From: Schizosaccharomyces osmophilus
Taxonomy: Eukaryota
Reading direction: 5' to 3'
Length of the DNA stretch: 64,000 bases
Assembly (NCBI RefSeq): GCF_027921745.1
Contig: NC_079239.1
Span: 3,348,001-3,412,000 of the forward strand
Shown: positions 34,052 to 46,920 of the stretch, piece after piece
Layout of the letters: each line of letters starts with the position of its first letter
Numbering within the stretch: position 1 is the stretch's first letter
Made by a program: the position numbers and the translations under genes
Notes under the pieces: generated by a model
The model's input: only the letters and a program-made list of their open reading frames with translations
Database searches by the model: none
What the model was told of the DNA's origin: nothing

Positions 34052-36704
34052 TTACTTAGCAGGTTGTCTCACGGGTTCTTTACCCTTTTGTTTGGCATTC
34101 TTCTTTAAACCGATGGAGGAAGGCAGGTCCGGCTCTGCTTGTTCATCCATCAATAGTGAAGGAGGTCGCGTACGAAGTTCCTTGGCTTTATTTAAAGAGA
34201 TCGTTTGCATTCTTGTTGTTGTTAATACAGGGACCGACATATCGCGCTCTACCGTAGCCTTCAAGAATGCAGATGACCATCGATTAATATCATCCTTACT
34301 TTCACAGATAAAGTAATGTACTTTTGGAGGTGTAAACATTACAGCAGCCTTTGCCGCACCGGGTGCCGGTGGTGCCAATTTAATAGCGGTTTTACCACCA
34401 CTTAAAACCAAATCTTCAACTTTGCAAACACGGTGAGAAGTTATGTCAATCAATCCTTTTTCAGAAGTATCATTCAAAGAGTGGTAATAAGAAAGTCTAG
34501 TACCCTTCAAAACGAAATACCTCGCCTTCCATACACCATAACGATCGCTTCGTTTACGCATCCAACCATGGCAGTCAGCAGTCTTCATCGCTTCCTTAAC
34601 TGGAATATCTGTAAGTCCTTCACTGATACCAGTAGGTAAAATTTTCTGTCTTCCAAAGATATCGCGTTTCGACTTTCGTTTCCCAATTGGTTCCTTTCCT
34701 AAGGGCGCAGAATTAGGAACATCTGAAACCGAAGAAGACAGTGAAGTGGGAGTAGAAATTTTCAAATTTGATGTTTTTTGCCCGTTATCGGATGAAGACT
34801 TGACGTTTGTAGCAGATAGCATTTTTTGGACGAGAGGTTTCTTTGTACTCGAAGGGCTCTTAGCATTGTCAAGAGAAGGTGATTTTTGTGAGGTAAGAGT
34901 TGGCAGATGTCCTGAGGAAGCCGAATTCAAGGGGCTTATCACGGCAGGTTCGCCAGGTTTAGTAGATGCCGAGAGATCTCGTGCTGGGATTGTTGAAGAA
35001 GATCCTTCTACTGTATCGGTTTTTAATCTTGTTAAACCAGCAGGTTTCTTACTTCCCTTGGGCTGTATAACGTTAGGAGATTGAGTGTATGTAGTTGAAG
35101 GCTGGGGGGTATACAGCTTGGGATCAGCTGGTGGATGCAATGAAGCAGAGTCACTACGACCATTAGCATGTTCGTTCGGCACCTGTGCTAAACGAGAAGA
35201 GCCATGGGTTGAGTGAGAAGACTCTGAAGGCGATGGACGCTTGGTGATAGGTGAAGTACGTGAGGGAACGGAAGATGACAAGCGAGAGGCACTAGGTGGC
35301 TTTACAGATGGAGCCTTATTTTCTCCTCGAGTGCGATTAGTCGACAGAGGAGGGATGTATTTCTCAGATTTATTGTTGCCGTATTCTTCAAAATCAGGAG
35401 AAACCAACATATGAGACAAAGTAGGAAGTACGCTCATACGATTTGAACTAGCGCTAGATTCATTGTTGGAATCATAATTGGAAGAGGATGGAACTAAGGT
35501 CGGGTCACCAAAGTCTGCCCTCGGAGACATTATATCCGGACTAGGCGATTCAGAGTAGTTGCCAGGAAACTCTGGGTAACTTTCAGAAAGTGTTTGCTGA
35601 TAGGTGTCTTTGAGTTGCTGGATTTTACGTAAAACTTCAAATCTTTTTCCATAAGATGTTATATTTAATTCCTTCAAAACACTAGAATCCGTATTAAGCA
35701 ATATCTCACCATTGATTTCATTCTCCACAAAATTAGGAGCTACAGATCCAAGGCCGGCATTTTTTAACCAATCTATGACCTCTGCTGTAGACCAGTGAGG
35801 GAGATTTTGAACTTTTTCAGTAAGACCAAGAGAAGATGGTGATCGATAATTTAAAATTGGTAGTGGGGAGGTGCTATGCTCATCGGCTTCAGCGGTCGAT
35901 AAGTTTTGGAGTGCGCTTTCAATATCATCAATAGTCTTGCGCATAGGATCATTATTAGAAGATGATTTGTCTAGGTCAGGTGAATTAGAAAGAGAGGAAT
36001 TATCATTCCACTTTTGTTGTGCACTAGGGTGTGAATTACGGTGATTGTCAAGAGAGTCTTTTTCAAGATCGGATGATTCTCGTTTATCTAAGGAAGGAGA
36101 AAGCAGACGATCATTAGGATGGTTTGGGGAGATGCTTTCTGGTTTTGGCATTCCATCAGTATCTGGGCGAGGAGAGCTAACATGAGAGTCTAGCTTGGTG
36201 ATGGGTTCCTCCAAGTCTGTTAAGTTTGAACGGGAGCTGGAAGTCTCGGTAAGTTCGGTAGTAGAAATTGACACGTCTGCCTTTTCGTTACGAGCATTTT
36301 CATGATTAGGAACCTCGTTGGACAACAATTCGACATGTGAGGCAGGAAAAATACCTCGATTTCCATCCTGGTCTTCTGCCTACAAAAAAACTAGTTAGTA
36401 CATTATCTCGCTTTTTGCCTTTAAAAGACACAACGTTAACAAACAAGTCATCACTCCTAGTACAAGCGTTTCACGAGTGAAAGGAGCAAGCTATAGGACA
36501 GGCAATCCACCAGCATAAAAAAAACCGCTCGTGAAACACAAGTACAATAGGAACAAAAGCTGTTTTACTTACCTCCCACCATCCGTCGCCAAATTCTTCG
36601 TCCATTTTTATGAGCAGGTACTTATTCCCTTCAATTAATGGCAGTTCGTCACTGCTTTTCCCAGGGAACGAATGCAAAGCAACTACAAACCGTTCAGACG
36701 CCAT
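34052..36704 (-). CDS. pob1: Boi-family polarity protein Pob1 (SH3-SAM-PH), intron ~36381-36572
   Basis: SH3 ALHSFPGKSSDELPL...GDGWWE|...RGIFPASHV; SAM WSTAEVIDWL...GKRFEV; PH GWMRKRSDRYGVWKARYFVLKG. Confidence 0.95.
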
Positions 36705-37862
36705 GTTTGCGGTGGAACGAAAAGGATGAAAGTCAGTAGTTGTTTGAAAGATATTTTGAACGGCGTTTCGTTCTTAGCCAGATGGCTGGTTTTGCCTTTT
36801 ACAGAGACGAAAACGTTGTTATTAGACATAAGGGAGCCGAATGTACTGATGCTTATTCATTTTTAAAACTAGAATGAAGCAGCACAGTAACAAGATTACC
36901 GTATATACATGACATATCGTTATATTTTATTTGATTTATAATTCATATATAAAAAAAGAACAATTCTGAAGAAGACGGCTCAATTCCAAGTACTCGGAAA
37001 CTTCGAATGGAATGTCCAAAAGCAAATTGCGTTGTTGCTCTTCAAACGGAGGTCGCGCTTTTATTAGAATCATATCTTCTTTCCTAAAAGACTAGGCTTT
37101 TCAAATTCAACATATGTTTATTAACGAAGAGCGAAATAAACTTCCTTATAATCCGATAACATGCACCGAACGAACAGTAATGAAAACAAGGTCTACGTGA
37201 ATTCTAGTACCTTTGTCTTATAGTGGGGAAATAGGACTCGGTGGGGGTTACTTTAGGTTTCTTCGTCTGAAAAGTTTAAAGGTTTTGAAATATAAATATG
37301 GAAGTAATTATGTTTGCAGCGTAAAGCAAATAATGCAGTTTACATACACCGAGAGAATGTCAATAGTTATCAGTCAAGTAGTTGTTGCACTATAATTGGA
37401 GTGCAGCAGAATGAACAATCCTTGTACTATTTGATAATTGCTAGAGAAGAAGCAAAGTCAAAACATACAGGGAAAGGGAGAGAGCGATAGAGACAAGTTA
37501 GCTTCCAAAATTATTAATCTTTACTTTTACTTCTAGAGAAGAGTCAAACGAAAAGGAAAGGATCTTGTACCGTTTCCCATTTGGCCAAAGTAGAGAATGA
37601 AGACCCTCTTCCAATTCGATGAGTACTCTTTTGTTTTTGAAATTTTTGATTGTTTCAGAAGCCTTTGCTTGTTTTTTTATACTATTGTTTTATTTGCAAC
37701 AGCATCTTCTCTTTAACGTGAGTAGGGACTTTGAAGAAAGAATGGATATTAGCATTATTAGAAACTTCAAATAGAAAGGCGATTTCTTTCTCATCAATAT
37801 ACATATATATATATATAGGGAAAAGAACGAAATAGACGAATGGCAAAACTCGTTACTCGTGC

Positions 37863-38397
37863 TCACTTTACGTCGCAGGCGACGGCCAAGATGGCATCAA
37901 TTGCTTTATCAGATTTCTCCTTGGCATTCTCTTTGATGAAAATAAAGTCTTTCTCAACTTGCTTCTTCGTTTCTTCTTCAGTCTGAGAATATATACCGGA
38001 AGCCTACCAATAGTCAGAACACAATCCAAATCAGGTTATCGACAGCAATCGTTACATACCTTATTCTCAGAATCTTTGAATTCTCTCTCCTTGGAAGCAG
38101 CGTACTCTTCAATTTCCGTCTTGGCCTCCTGGCGTGCATCCTTTAATCTTTGAACACGGTCTATAGTTCGGCGATTAGCAAACATGTCAATTATCTAGCT
38201 CTGCATACGTTGACGAGCCTTTTCTACAATACTGCGGGCCACTTTCTCGGCCTTTTCACAATGTTAACATTCAACCCTGCATCGTTTCATTCATGCTCCA
38301 TTACGAACCTCCAACAATTGCTGAATTCCAGAATTTGTTTGTGTACTCTACATAATTAGCTCTTTTATCCTTGATTTTTCTTCTATCGCCATACCAT
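37863..38397 (-). CDS. vma10: V-ATPase V1 subunit G, 5 exons; the first coding exon is the ATG alone. Missed by the ORF track.
   Basis: Spliced M|STQTNSGIQQLLE|AEKVARSIVEKARQ|..RVQRLKDARQEAKTEIEEYAASKEREFK...ACDVK*. Confidence 0.9.
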
Positions 38398-38778
38398 GGT
38401 TCCTTTGCGTCTAGTTCCTAACTTGGCAACTTGGAACTTTCACGCTTCGAAATGCCAGATGACCACACTCTGCGCGTCCGACCCTTCCTTTCCATAGCGT
38501 AGCAATACGCAATGCTTTAATAGTATACCGAAATATAATGACGATTTTAAAATGTAACGTAGTAGCTCGTTTTATCTTTGTACGTACAATGGAAATCTAC
38601 GCTATTCTAAATCCCCGGCTGTTTGGCATAAAGTGGAATTTGCTGCATTCATGGAGTTAATAGTATTGAAATGAAAAATTGGCTATAGAAGCATCAACAT
38701 AGTAAATGCAATAAAACGTTTGAGATCAGCTCTTTGCTGAAAGAAAGAATGATTGATGGGTTTCAGTTCTTTCTACTC

Positions 38779-38922
38779 TAAAAAAAAAAAAAAAAAAAAA
38801 AAACATCAACGGGACAACGGGAATCAGATTTGAAAGGTCAGACGATTCCATTTCCATTCTTACTTATAAGGTATTACGAACCTTTGACTCAAAGATCGCT
38901 GTTATCAAAAAAAAAAAAAAAA
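38779..38922. repeat. Two long poly(A) tracts flanking a short CAACGGGA direct repeat
   Basis: A-runs at ~38779-38802 and ~38907-38922, with CAACGGGACAACGGGA at ~38807-38822. Confidence 0.6.
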
Positions 38923-39215
38923 TAGATTTAATAAAGAAGGGAGTACTACTTGTTTTTTAGCAGACCAATTATACAATTAATATTCGGAGTTATGCGGGCC
39001 ATTGTTTTTACTCTTCTCCATTATATCGTAATTAGGTAAAGTCAGCTATATACTTTCCATCAAACAGTATGAAAACTATAGCTGAAGACGGAGAACAACG
39101 ATATGAATGGAACCAAAAGACTTGATCATAAATTATTGTTTCGCGGATGTAGGTAATCCCCCCATAAGATAAGCCATAAGTTAAACGTCAAAAAGATTAA
39201 ATCAATACATGAAAT

Positions 39216-40722
39216 CTATGTGAACACTTTCTTGGTTACGTATTTGTTAAGCTGCTGTCCAAGGAATTCCAAGCAGGCATTTTGGTTTTCACGTTCTGGT
39301 TGCGAATTTACACAGTTAGAGAGAATTGAAAGCTCCTTTTCTGTTACCGGTAAAGAGCGTTCCGAAAAGAGGGTTTCTAGTTGTCTCCAAGTTTGAGTAA
39401 TTTGCTCAAAAGTACTGGGCAAATTCGTATACGTAATCAACAAAGAGCGATAGGTTACATGAGACGGTTCCAGTTCATAATTGGAAATCAAGTCAAGAGC
39501 AGTGAAAAGCCATTTCTCATCACGCAAGCGAGAAGCAACAGTAAATAAAGCATTTGCTGTAGCAATAGTTGGCTCATAGCGCTTTTCCTCAAAAACACGG
39601 TTCAACAAATTGTTGATAAACTTTTCAACCTTTCCACGATCTTTTTCATTTGAGATAGGTTGCTTGAGAGCCAAACTAAGGATACAATTCGTCAATCGAC
39701 TAACGTTGCGTGGAGAAACCTCAAGATGATATTCCAAAATTGGCATCAATGGCCACACAGATTCCTCGTGTTCAAACATTTTTTGCAAATACCAGACTGT
39801 CGTGTATACAGAGGGGAGATTATAATCATTCAGATTTGATTTGAGCAAATACTCAGAACCGTCATCAAAGTACTCCTTGTGGGCGAGTACAGACAAGACG
39901 ATTTCAGAATGATAGGAGGTCAGTCCTTTCAGATTAACGAGAGCCTGATGAGCCTTTTTCTGGATTGGAGGATCAGGGAACACTGCGTAAATCAGGTAGA
40001 CAGCCACTAATTCGTCAATAGCTTCTCGTCCTCCAAGATGCTCATGGATTCTCGATCCAATTTGGCTACACTGATCAAAAGTCGAATCGTTTAACAATTT
40101 AGCATGTAAAATACATAAATAAAGACTGGAAAGGATCTTTGTATCGTTGTGCAAAAACTCGATATGGCTCAATGCCATGTCGGCAAGCAAAGCGGCTTTG
40201 TCATAAAGATTCAAGTCAATGTAGGACTTAATCATGCTGGACCAAAACTGAGCCGTGGCCACTTCCTGATGCTCAATAGCATACTTTAAAATATCATCCA
40301 AGTTATCTAAAGTGCTTTTATCAACTGACCCACGACCACGAAGACCTTTTGAACGATTCACAAGAAAGGTTATATATTTAGTAAGGGTAAACGAATCCAA
40401 GATACCTAATGGCTTCAGGCCAGCGAACGTGGCAACGCTTTCCTTATACTTTCTAGCTTGTAATTGGGCATTAAGTTGATCTAGCTAACTTCTGTTAGTT
40501 TTTCTTTGTCTATACTTCAATTCCATTTGAATATTCTCATACCAATACCGATGAATTGCTTTTTATGTGTCGCTGAGTATCAGGTGTAAAGTTTAAATGG
40601 AGGTTATTACATAAAGGATGAGTAGTTACAAAAGTGCGTCTAGCTTGAATAATAGGATCCACTAGACGCAGCTGGTTGCTTTTCAGCAGCTTTCGAAAAA
40701 ACTGGCTGCAAAATCCTTGCAT
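39216..40722 (-). CDS. ppr8: Mitochondrial PPR-repeat protein Ppr8 (intron ~40485-40542)
   Basis: Presequence-like MQGFCSQFFRKLLKSNQLRL...RRTF spliced in frame to a helical-repeat ORF (WSSMIKSY; PSHVTYRSLLITY). Lies between vma10 and rpc40. Confidence 0.75.
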
Positions 40723-41310
40723 GGTTGGTGGATGCTTCGTAAAGGCCGACAGAGAATTTATAGCCCTCTTCCCTTCTAGACGAATCTGATAAAATTTGGG
40801 TTTAGGAACCGAATTAGTAATGAAATAAACGAGTAGTTTATTTTCCATAATGTGTTTTGTATGTTTTGAGAGAAAGAAAGAAAATTTATAAGAGATTTAA
40901 GAGAAAATATATAGTTTGGACTCATAGCGATACAGTGTAATGAGATTTGGAGGTCTAATATTGTAGATAAAAAAGTGAAAGCTCCATGTATGATTACTGT
41001 TTGATATAAATAATCAAAACCCTCGTAGTGATTCATTAGAAAGAAAGTTTAGTACTTGAACAGCTTTAAAGGATTCTCTAATACAAACGGGGTTTCATTT
41101 AAACAAGACAAGCAAATTACAATTTCCAGTGTTTCGTTTCTAAAATGGTCATAAAACATAAATCTAAATATATTAATATTAATTTTTTTATCCTTTCCTA
41201 AAAACCAAACGCAAATCCTCTTCTAAGCCAATTATGAACAACTGTCTACGTGGTCATATTTACCAACTTTGTGTATGGATATATTATAAACCCGTCCCCA
41301 GTTAAATTTT

Positions 41311-42360
41311 TTAAGCAGCTTCTGAGCCCAAACTGTCGAGGCTAGCTTTCACAGCCATACATTTCGACTTCAAAACAGCAACACTCTTCAAAAATAAGAC
41401 ATCGGGAGTCATGATTCCGGTACTTTCCACCGAATAAAGGAAGTGATCACGAACACGGCCTAACTGGACCTTGTCAGCGAATTCCGGATGTCGTAAACAT
41501 TCACGTGAAACGGTATCTTTACGAACATCAGCAACGCGGGCACGCTTCTTTCCATCAGGGCCATCTTCTAGATCGATGACACCGGCGGGAAAGCACTTTT
41601 GGAATTTGGCAGCATCATCACCTTCAATAGGCGATAAAATGTGAATAGTTGGCAACAAACGATAAGATGCTGTAGCTACGGGAGAAAACTTTGCGTGGTC
41701 CTGACCAACACCCAAAACAGCATGAGCTTCTAAATCGACTTCTTGACCGGGACGTAATTTAGCGACTACAATATTAGGGTTTACAACACCAATGGGAGAC
41801 TCAGCAAACCGTTCCTCTTGTCGTCCTTGAGGCTTCCAAACCAAATCGCTCGAAAGAACTTCCGAATTAATATAAAGTTTCTTGGGATCTTTTTCATCAG
41901 CAGCGGCTTCTTTGTTGAATTCGCACTTCTTGCTTAATGAGAAAACCACCGTATCGTAGTCAGTGTGGGTGGCTTCCTGGCCCGGAATAGGTCGCTGAAA
42001 CCATTTGAACATGTCAGGGTCGGCCTTGATGGGTAAAAGGCCAATTCTATGAGACAATACTTCGTCTTGAATAATGCTGGTATTGTTTATGATATAGGTG
42101 AATTCGAAAGCTACTGTAGGGATTTCAGCAATTAAAATTCTTCGGAATGCATTGGCAATAGAAGCATCCACCCCACTAAGCTCAAAAGTCATTGTCTCTT
42201 CGTTTAAGGAAGTGACGGAGACTTTCAAGTTTTCGCGAAATTTGTCCAAGTTCCAAGAATTGTCCTCATCAAAGTAATAACCAGGAAAGTCTGTACTGGT
42301 GACATCTTTCACTCGGTCAGATTGGATAGAAACTTCCGTCCTCGATCGATCAGTAGCCAT
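41311..42360 (-). CDS. rpc40: RNA polymerase I/III shared subunit AC40 (Rpc40)
   Basis: [62 protein letters not shown]. First ATG at 42360. Confidence 0.97.
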   Translation of the reverse strand: MATDRSRTEVSIQSDRVKDVTSTDFPGYYFDEDNSWNLDKFRENLKVSVTSLNEETMTFELSGVDASIANAFRRILIAEIPTVAFEFTYIINNTSIIQDEVLSHRIGLLPIKADPDMFKWFQRPIPGQEATHTDYDTVVFSLSKKCEFNKEAAADEKDPKKLYINSEVLSSDLVWKPQGRQEERFAESPIGVVNPNIVVAKLRPGQEVDLEAHAVLGVGQDHAKFSPVATASYRLLPTIHILSPIEGDDAAKFQKCFPAGVIDLEDGPDGKKRARVADVRKDTVSRECLRHPEFADKVQLGRVRDHFLYSVESTGIMTPDVLFLKSVAVLKSKCMAVKASLDSLGSEAA

Positions 42361-43181
42361 TCTGTTCCTATTCGATGGGAGTTTGGTGAAGGACAATATG
42401 AATTTTCACGACTTAATCCTGACTGGTGTTTAACACGCTGATTATCGTAATGTTCGTTAGCAAATTATTTCGCACTATAATGGGTTGCCCTATTCAGTAA
42501 ACAAAAGGTTTGGAAAAGTGATTAAGCTGCAAAATGAAAAGCATTGTATAGAATGAAAGGGGTCATTCATAGATAAACTGTTTATTATATTTTAGCTTTA
42601 TCGAAAGGACTGCCGAAAATGGAAATCTAGCGTATGCATACTATTTGTAAAGTAGCTTTGCTAATGAGTAATATAACAATCCAGATCGATTTTCTTGCAT
42701 GCTACTTGTATTCTTTTACAAAGAATAAAATGTTTCTTGCCTTTTTTCATCGATATAAAATAGTATGGCTCATACCCTTCATTCTCATTTCTTTTTGATA
42801 ACCACCAAACCAGTTTTGCTCTTGACGCAAATTTATTTTTGATAATACAAGAACAGTTCTTGTAATATACCGTCTTTATACTTCATAAATAGATTCAACA
42901 GAGACAAAAAGCCATTTGTTGTTTTCACATAAATCGATTATAATATAATACCAAATTCATACAGAAGTAGTGACATATATTGCTATACGAAGGAAATATT
43001 CTTATCGCCAGTTTGAAAACAAAAACTTCCACCGCATGAAAGAATGATTTATTATAAACAAATAAGATAGTATTCCTTCCAAGGAGTTATTGGCGTCTTC
43101 TTTCTTTAACAGAAGAGTTTAACGGAACTTACCTGAATTCATAAGGTTTAGAAGAGATTTCATTGATCAGTCATAAGTGAT

Positions 43182-44612
43182 ATGTTGGAAGGTGCATTGG
43201 AGAATTATCGACCAATTTTTGAAAAGGCAAACCAATTGCATATATATGACCAGTTGAAAACATTAAAGGAAGTCTCTTCTGAAAAGTTTCAAACTCTTTG
43301 GGGCGAAGTTAAGAGTTTGCATTTAGAGGAAATATGGAGCAAATTCAAGGATGCGATCGAACATAGCCAAAAGCGGAGCAAACTGGCCCCATCTGATGTC
43401 TCTCCAGTTCCAATAATCTCAACAATCGAAGATTCATGGTATAGTTTGGGCTTAGAAGAGATTTCAAAGGGTCGTGTTGCTGCTTTAGTGCTTGCTGGCG
43501 GCCAAGGTACGAGACTTGGGTCAGACGATCCAAAAGGATGCTTTAATATTGGATTGCCTGGAAACAAGACCTTATTTGAACTACAAGCTTTAAAAATACA
43601 AAGAGCAGAACGCCTTGCGCGAGAAGCGTATCCTATGCAGAAACAGCCAGCTAAAGTTTTATGGTATGTTATGGTGTCCGAAGCAACCAAGGACATAACC
43701 CTTTCTTTTTTTGAAAAAAACGATTATTTTGGAATCCAAAAAGAAAAAGTTTTTTTCTTTGAACAAGGAAAATTGCCTTGCTTAGATGTCGAAGGGCGAA
43801 TTCTCCTTGAGTCCGACTGTACCGTTTCCCAATCACCCAATGGAAATGGCGGTGTTTATGAGGCTTTAAAAAATACAGGTGCACTTCAGCATATGAAGAA
43901 TTCTGGAATTGCCCATGTCACCGCTTATAGCGTAGACAATGTGCTTGCTTTACCGGTAGATCCTGTATTTATCGGCATGGTTCAGGATAAAGGATACCAA
44001 GTGGCTATGAAAGTTGTAGAGAAGAAAGTTGCTGAAGAAAAAGTTGGCTTAGTTGTCTCACAAAATGCACATCCGTCAGTAGTTGAGTATTCTGAAATTT
44101 CTGAAGAGGCTTCTCATGCGAGAGAAACAGTGGATGGAAAGACATGCCTACGGCTTCGTGCTGCAAATATTGCTTATCACTATTTTTCTGTGGACTTTTT
44201 AGAGCACATGTCCCACAATGCTAGGTATCTTCCTGTTCACCTCGCTCTTAAGAAAATACCGAACTTTGATGTTACTCAGCACCAATTTTATCAGCCATCA
44301 TCCCCGAATGGATATAAACTTGAAATGTTTATTTTTGACTCCTTTGAACAGATCCCCGTCGAGAAATTCGGTTGTTTACAAGTCTCACGGGACACATCTT
44401 TTAGTCCTTTGAAAAATTCACTGAACGCACCCTCCGACAACAAGGAAACGTGCATACGGGATCTCTATGCTCTTGGAAGAAAATGGATATTACAGAACGG
44501 CGGGATTTTAGAACAGGGTGATTGTCCTTTTGTTGCTCCATCTTTCAGCCTTCAAGGAGAGTCTCTTGAATGGATACGAGGAAAGCGTATAGCTGAAATT
44601 CCTTTATATTAA
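43182..44612 (+). CDS. uap1: UDP-N-acetylglucosamine pyrophosphorylase Uap1
   Basis: LAGGQGTRLGSDDPKG, PNGNGG, SVDNVL, VVEYSE, GYKLEMFIFD, FSPLKN. Confidence 0.95.
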   Translation: MLEGALENYRPIFEKANQLHIYDQLKTLKEVSSEKFQTLWGEVKSLHLEEIWSKFKDAIEHSQKRSKLAPSDVSPVPIISTIEDSWYSLGLEEISKGRVAALVLAGGQGTRLGSDDPKGCFNIGLPGNKTLFELQALKIQRAERLAREAYPMQKQPAKVLWYVMVSEATKDITLSFFEKNDYFGIQKEKVFFFEQGKLPCLDVEGRILLESDCTVSQSPNGNGGVYEALKNTGALQHMKNSGIAHVTAYSVDNVLALPVDPVFIGMVQDKGYQVAMKVVEKKVAEEKVGLVVSQNAHPSVVEYSEISEEASHARETVDGKTCLRLRAANIAYHYFSVDFLEHMSHNARYLPVHLALKKIPNFDVTQHQFYQPSSPNGYKLEMFIFDSFEQIPVEKFGCLQVSRDTSFSPLKNSLNAPSDNKETCIRDLYALGRKWILQNGGILEQGDCPFVAPSFSLQGESLEWIRGKRIAEIPLY

Positions 44613-44796
44613 TAACTAGATTCTTATAACTCTTTTTAAAGACCTATATTAACACAATCTTTTGATGAAGCTAGTTCGTTTACCGAGACATAGTGAGTTG
44701 AATCATTAATCAATCTCTTACCACCTACACTCCGAAACTACCCTGTTTTCCATTTTCCAAGTGGTTTTTATATAGCATTTAAAATAAATTCCTTCT

Positions 44797-45468
44797 ATGA
44801 GACGAAGTATTTGTTTATCTAGTGCATCACGTCCTCCTAGCACGTTTCAGCCGAAAAGGCTGTATTCGCTTGCATCCGAGTCATTAAATAAGAACCCGGA
44901 AAAGCCTAAAGAAGGACGTTTGGCTCGTGTCTTTAAAGATCCTGCTGGGAAGTCATGGAAGGATCTCAGTACTCCGCAGAAAGCCTACCGTACTTCTGCA
45001 AACTTTGGAAACTTGTCAATTGTCGTATTCGGAGGAGGCGTGTTTGGCTTAATCGTTTATGCTTTGGTTACCAGTTTATGGTCAGGTGAAGCCCATTACG
45101 GTGATGAGGCATTCGATTTGTTGAAAAACAATCCAGAATGTCAATACGTTTTTGGTGAGGAAATGAAAGCTATAGGTGAAGCTAGCCATCCTTTAAGACG
45201 GACTCATGGTATTTTGACAAGCCGAGTTTGGGATCATAAGGGTATTGAACACTTGGTCTTGCAATTCCATTTGATCGGTAACGGGCATAAGGGCCATGTG
45301 TTTGGAAGACTCGCGAATAACGGAAAGAATTATGTCTGGGAATACCTATATGTTGACGTTGCTAATTATGGAAATATTATTCTATTTGACAAAACAAAAT
45401 CTATAAGACACCAAAACAAGAATTTGGGTCTTTGGGGAACTTTGAAAAACATCAGCTGGGGAAAGTGA
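44797..45468 (+). CDS. tim21: TIM23 translocase subunit Tim21
   Basis: Presequence, WKDLSTPQKAYR, a single TM helix, and FGEEMKAIGE...GIEHL...WEYLYVDV. Confidence 0.9.
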   Translation: MRRSICLSSASRPPSTFQPKRLYSLASESLNKNPEKPKEGRLARVFKDPAGKSWKDLSTPQKAYRTSANFGNLSIVVFGGGVFGLIVYALVTSLWSGEAHYGDEAFDLLKNNPECQYVFGEEMKAIGEASHPLRRTHGILTSRVWDHKGIEHLVLQFHLIGNGHKGHVFGRLANNGKNYVWEYLYVDVANYGNIILFDKTKSIRHQNKNLGLWGTLKNISWGK

Positions 45469-46226
45469 ACAAAATCAGTTTCCTAGATTTAACTTAAAGG
45501 TTTGCTATAAACATATTTCCTACCGAATGAAAGTATACCGAATTTTTAAGAGTTGAAGGATATATGAAGCAGACATGGCTTTTTGGAAGATTTCATGATG
45601 ACTTCAAATGTTTTGCCTTCAAGTTTTGCTGGAGAAGTCGACAATATAGGATTACTGAATTTTTTTAAAAAAAAAAAAAACTAATGAAATGAGAGTGATG
45701 TTCACCTTTAACAGTGTACTAAAACTAATTATAGAAGCAAGTACTTTAATCTTCCATGGTTTTGCCGTTGAAAACGAATATTTGGTAATCATTTTATAAA
45801 TTCGTATTCAAACAGGAGGAAACCTATATATCTTAAGACTTATAAGGATTGCTGAAACGAAAAGCTAGCAAGGTCCATGTTACTTTGCAGAGAAATAATG
45901 TCATGAGGGAGCTTAAGGTATTTGTATCTAACTCTGTACTCTAGGAAAGGCAAGAAAGAACTTTTTAAGGAAGGAGAGGTTTGGAAAGGCGGCTACAGCA
46001 TTGACGAGTGCTTTTAGTTGCGTACCGAAAAGCCAAAGTTTATGGGATCAAAAATTGCAAGAATACAACACATATTGTTTTGGATACAATCTCTTAAGGT
46101 CTGGTATCGTAGCGATTCAACGTGATATCCCGCGGTAAAATCTAGAATTCGAATACTTTTTAGCTCCCTAAAAATACACATATCGCATCAACATGATATT
46201 ACCTTCAGGTAATCTTTAGGATGCTA

Positions 46227-46783
46227 TTAAGTCGATGAATTGACTAATGGGCCAACGAAACAGGTTCTTAGCATTTCCTCTTCATTCACATCAGCATGAG
46301 CCTTCGAAAGTGTAAGTACGTTACAATCGACCACACAAGTTTGACTTACTATATTGTTTCGTGGCATCAATGCCAGAGTGTTTAAAAATTTTTTTTGCAC
46401 CGTCTGGGTGATAGGGAGCATAAGCGGTAACGTTATAGACTTTTCCTCGAACGGCAATCCAACAGTCGTCTTTCGTATTGTGCTTTTCCAATTCCTCCAT
46501 CGTGACTTCAAAGGCTGATCTACTCCCTTTATCCTTGGTTAATTTCTCATTCCTTAATGCAATCCATATAAAACTGTTTTACTTACAGACAAATTTTCTC
46601 CGCTCCTTACTAATGCGTCCCATTTTTCTTGGGTGCATCCTGGTTCATTTTTTTGTTTTTTCTTGCTTTTCCTTTTCGTTTGCTTTTCTCCACCCGCTCG
46701 TGCAGGCTCTTCTTTGGTAGCTTCTTGCTTTGAAAATAGCGATTTCAGGAAAGACGACAATTTTTCTGAATCAAAGGGCCCAT
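46227..46783 (-). pseudogene. Irc21-type cytochrome b5 heme-binding gene with apparent frameshifts and a lost splice acceptor
   Basis: Fragments WDALVRSGENLS, VTMEELEKHNTKDDCWIAVRGKVYNVTAYAPYHPDG...SGIDATKQY and KAHADVNEEEMLRTCFVGPL*. These cannot be joined into one frame with the splice sites present. Confidence 0.6.
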
Positions 46784-46862
46784 AATCCAAATAGTAATAT
46801 TCAAAAACAATCTCCTTTCCAACCTCTTAACTTTCTAACTGTAGACAAGATTGTAAATCTTC

Positions 46863-46920
46863 TTTGTTTACCTTGCAAAAATGGAATTTCAATCCACTTT
46901 GCGATGAAGGCAATGTTTAC
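46863..46920 (-). promoter_or_regulatory. Two FLEX/forkhead motifs (GTAAACA) upstream of the cytochrome b5 locus
   Basis: TTTGTTTAC at 46863-46871 and TGTTTAC at 46914-46920. Confidence 0.45.
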
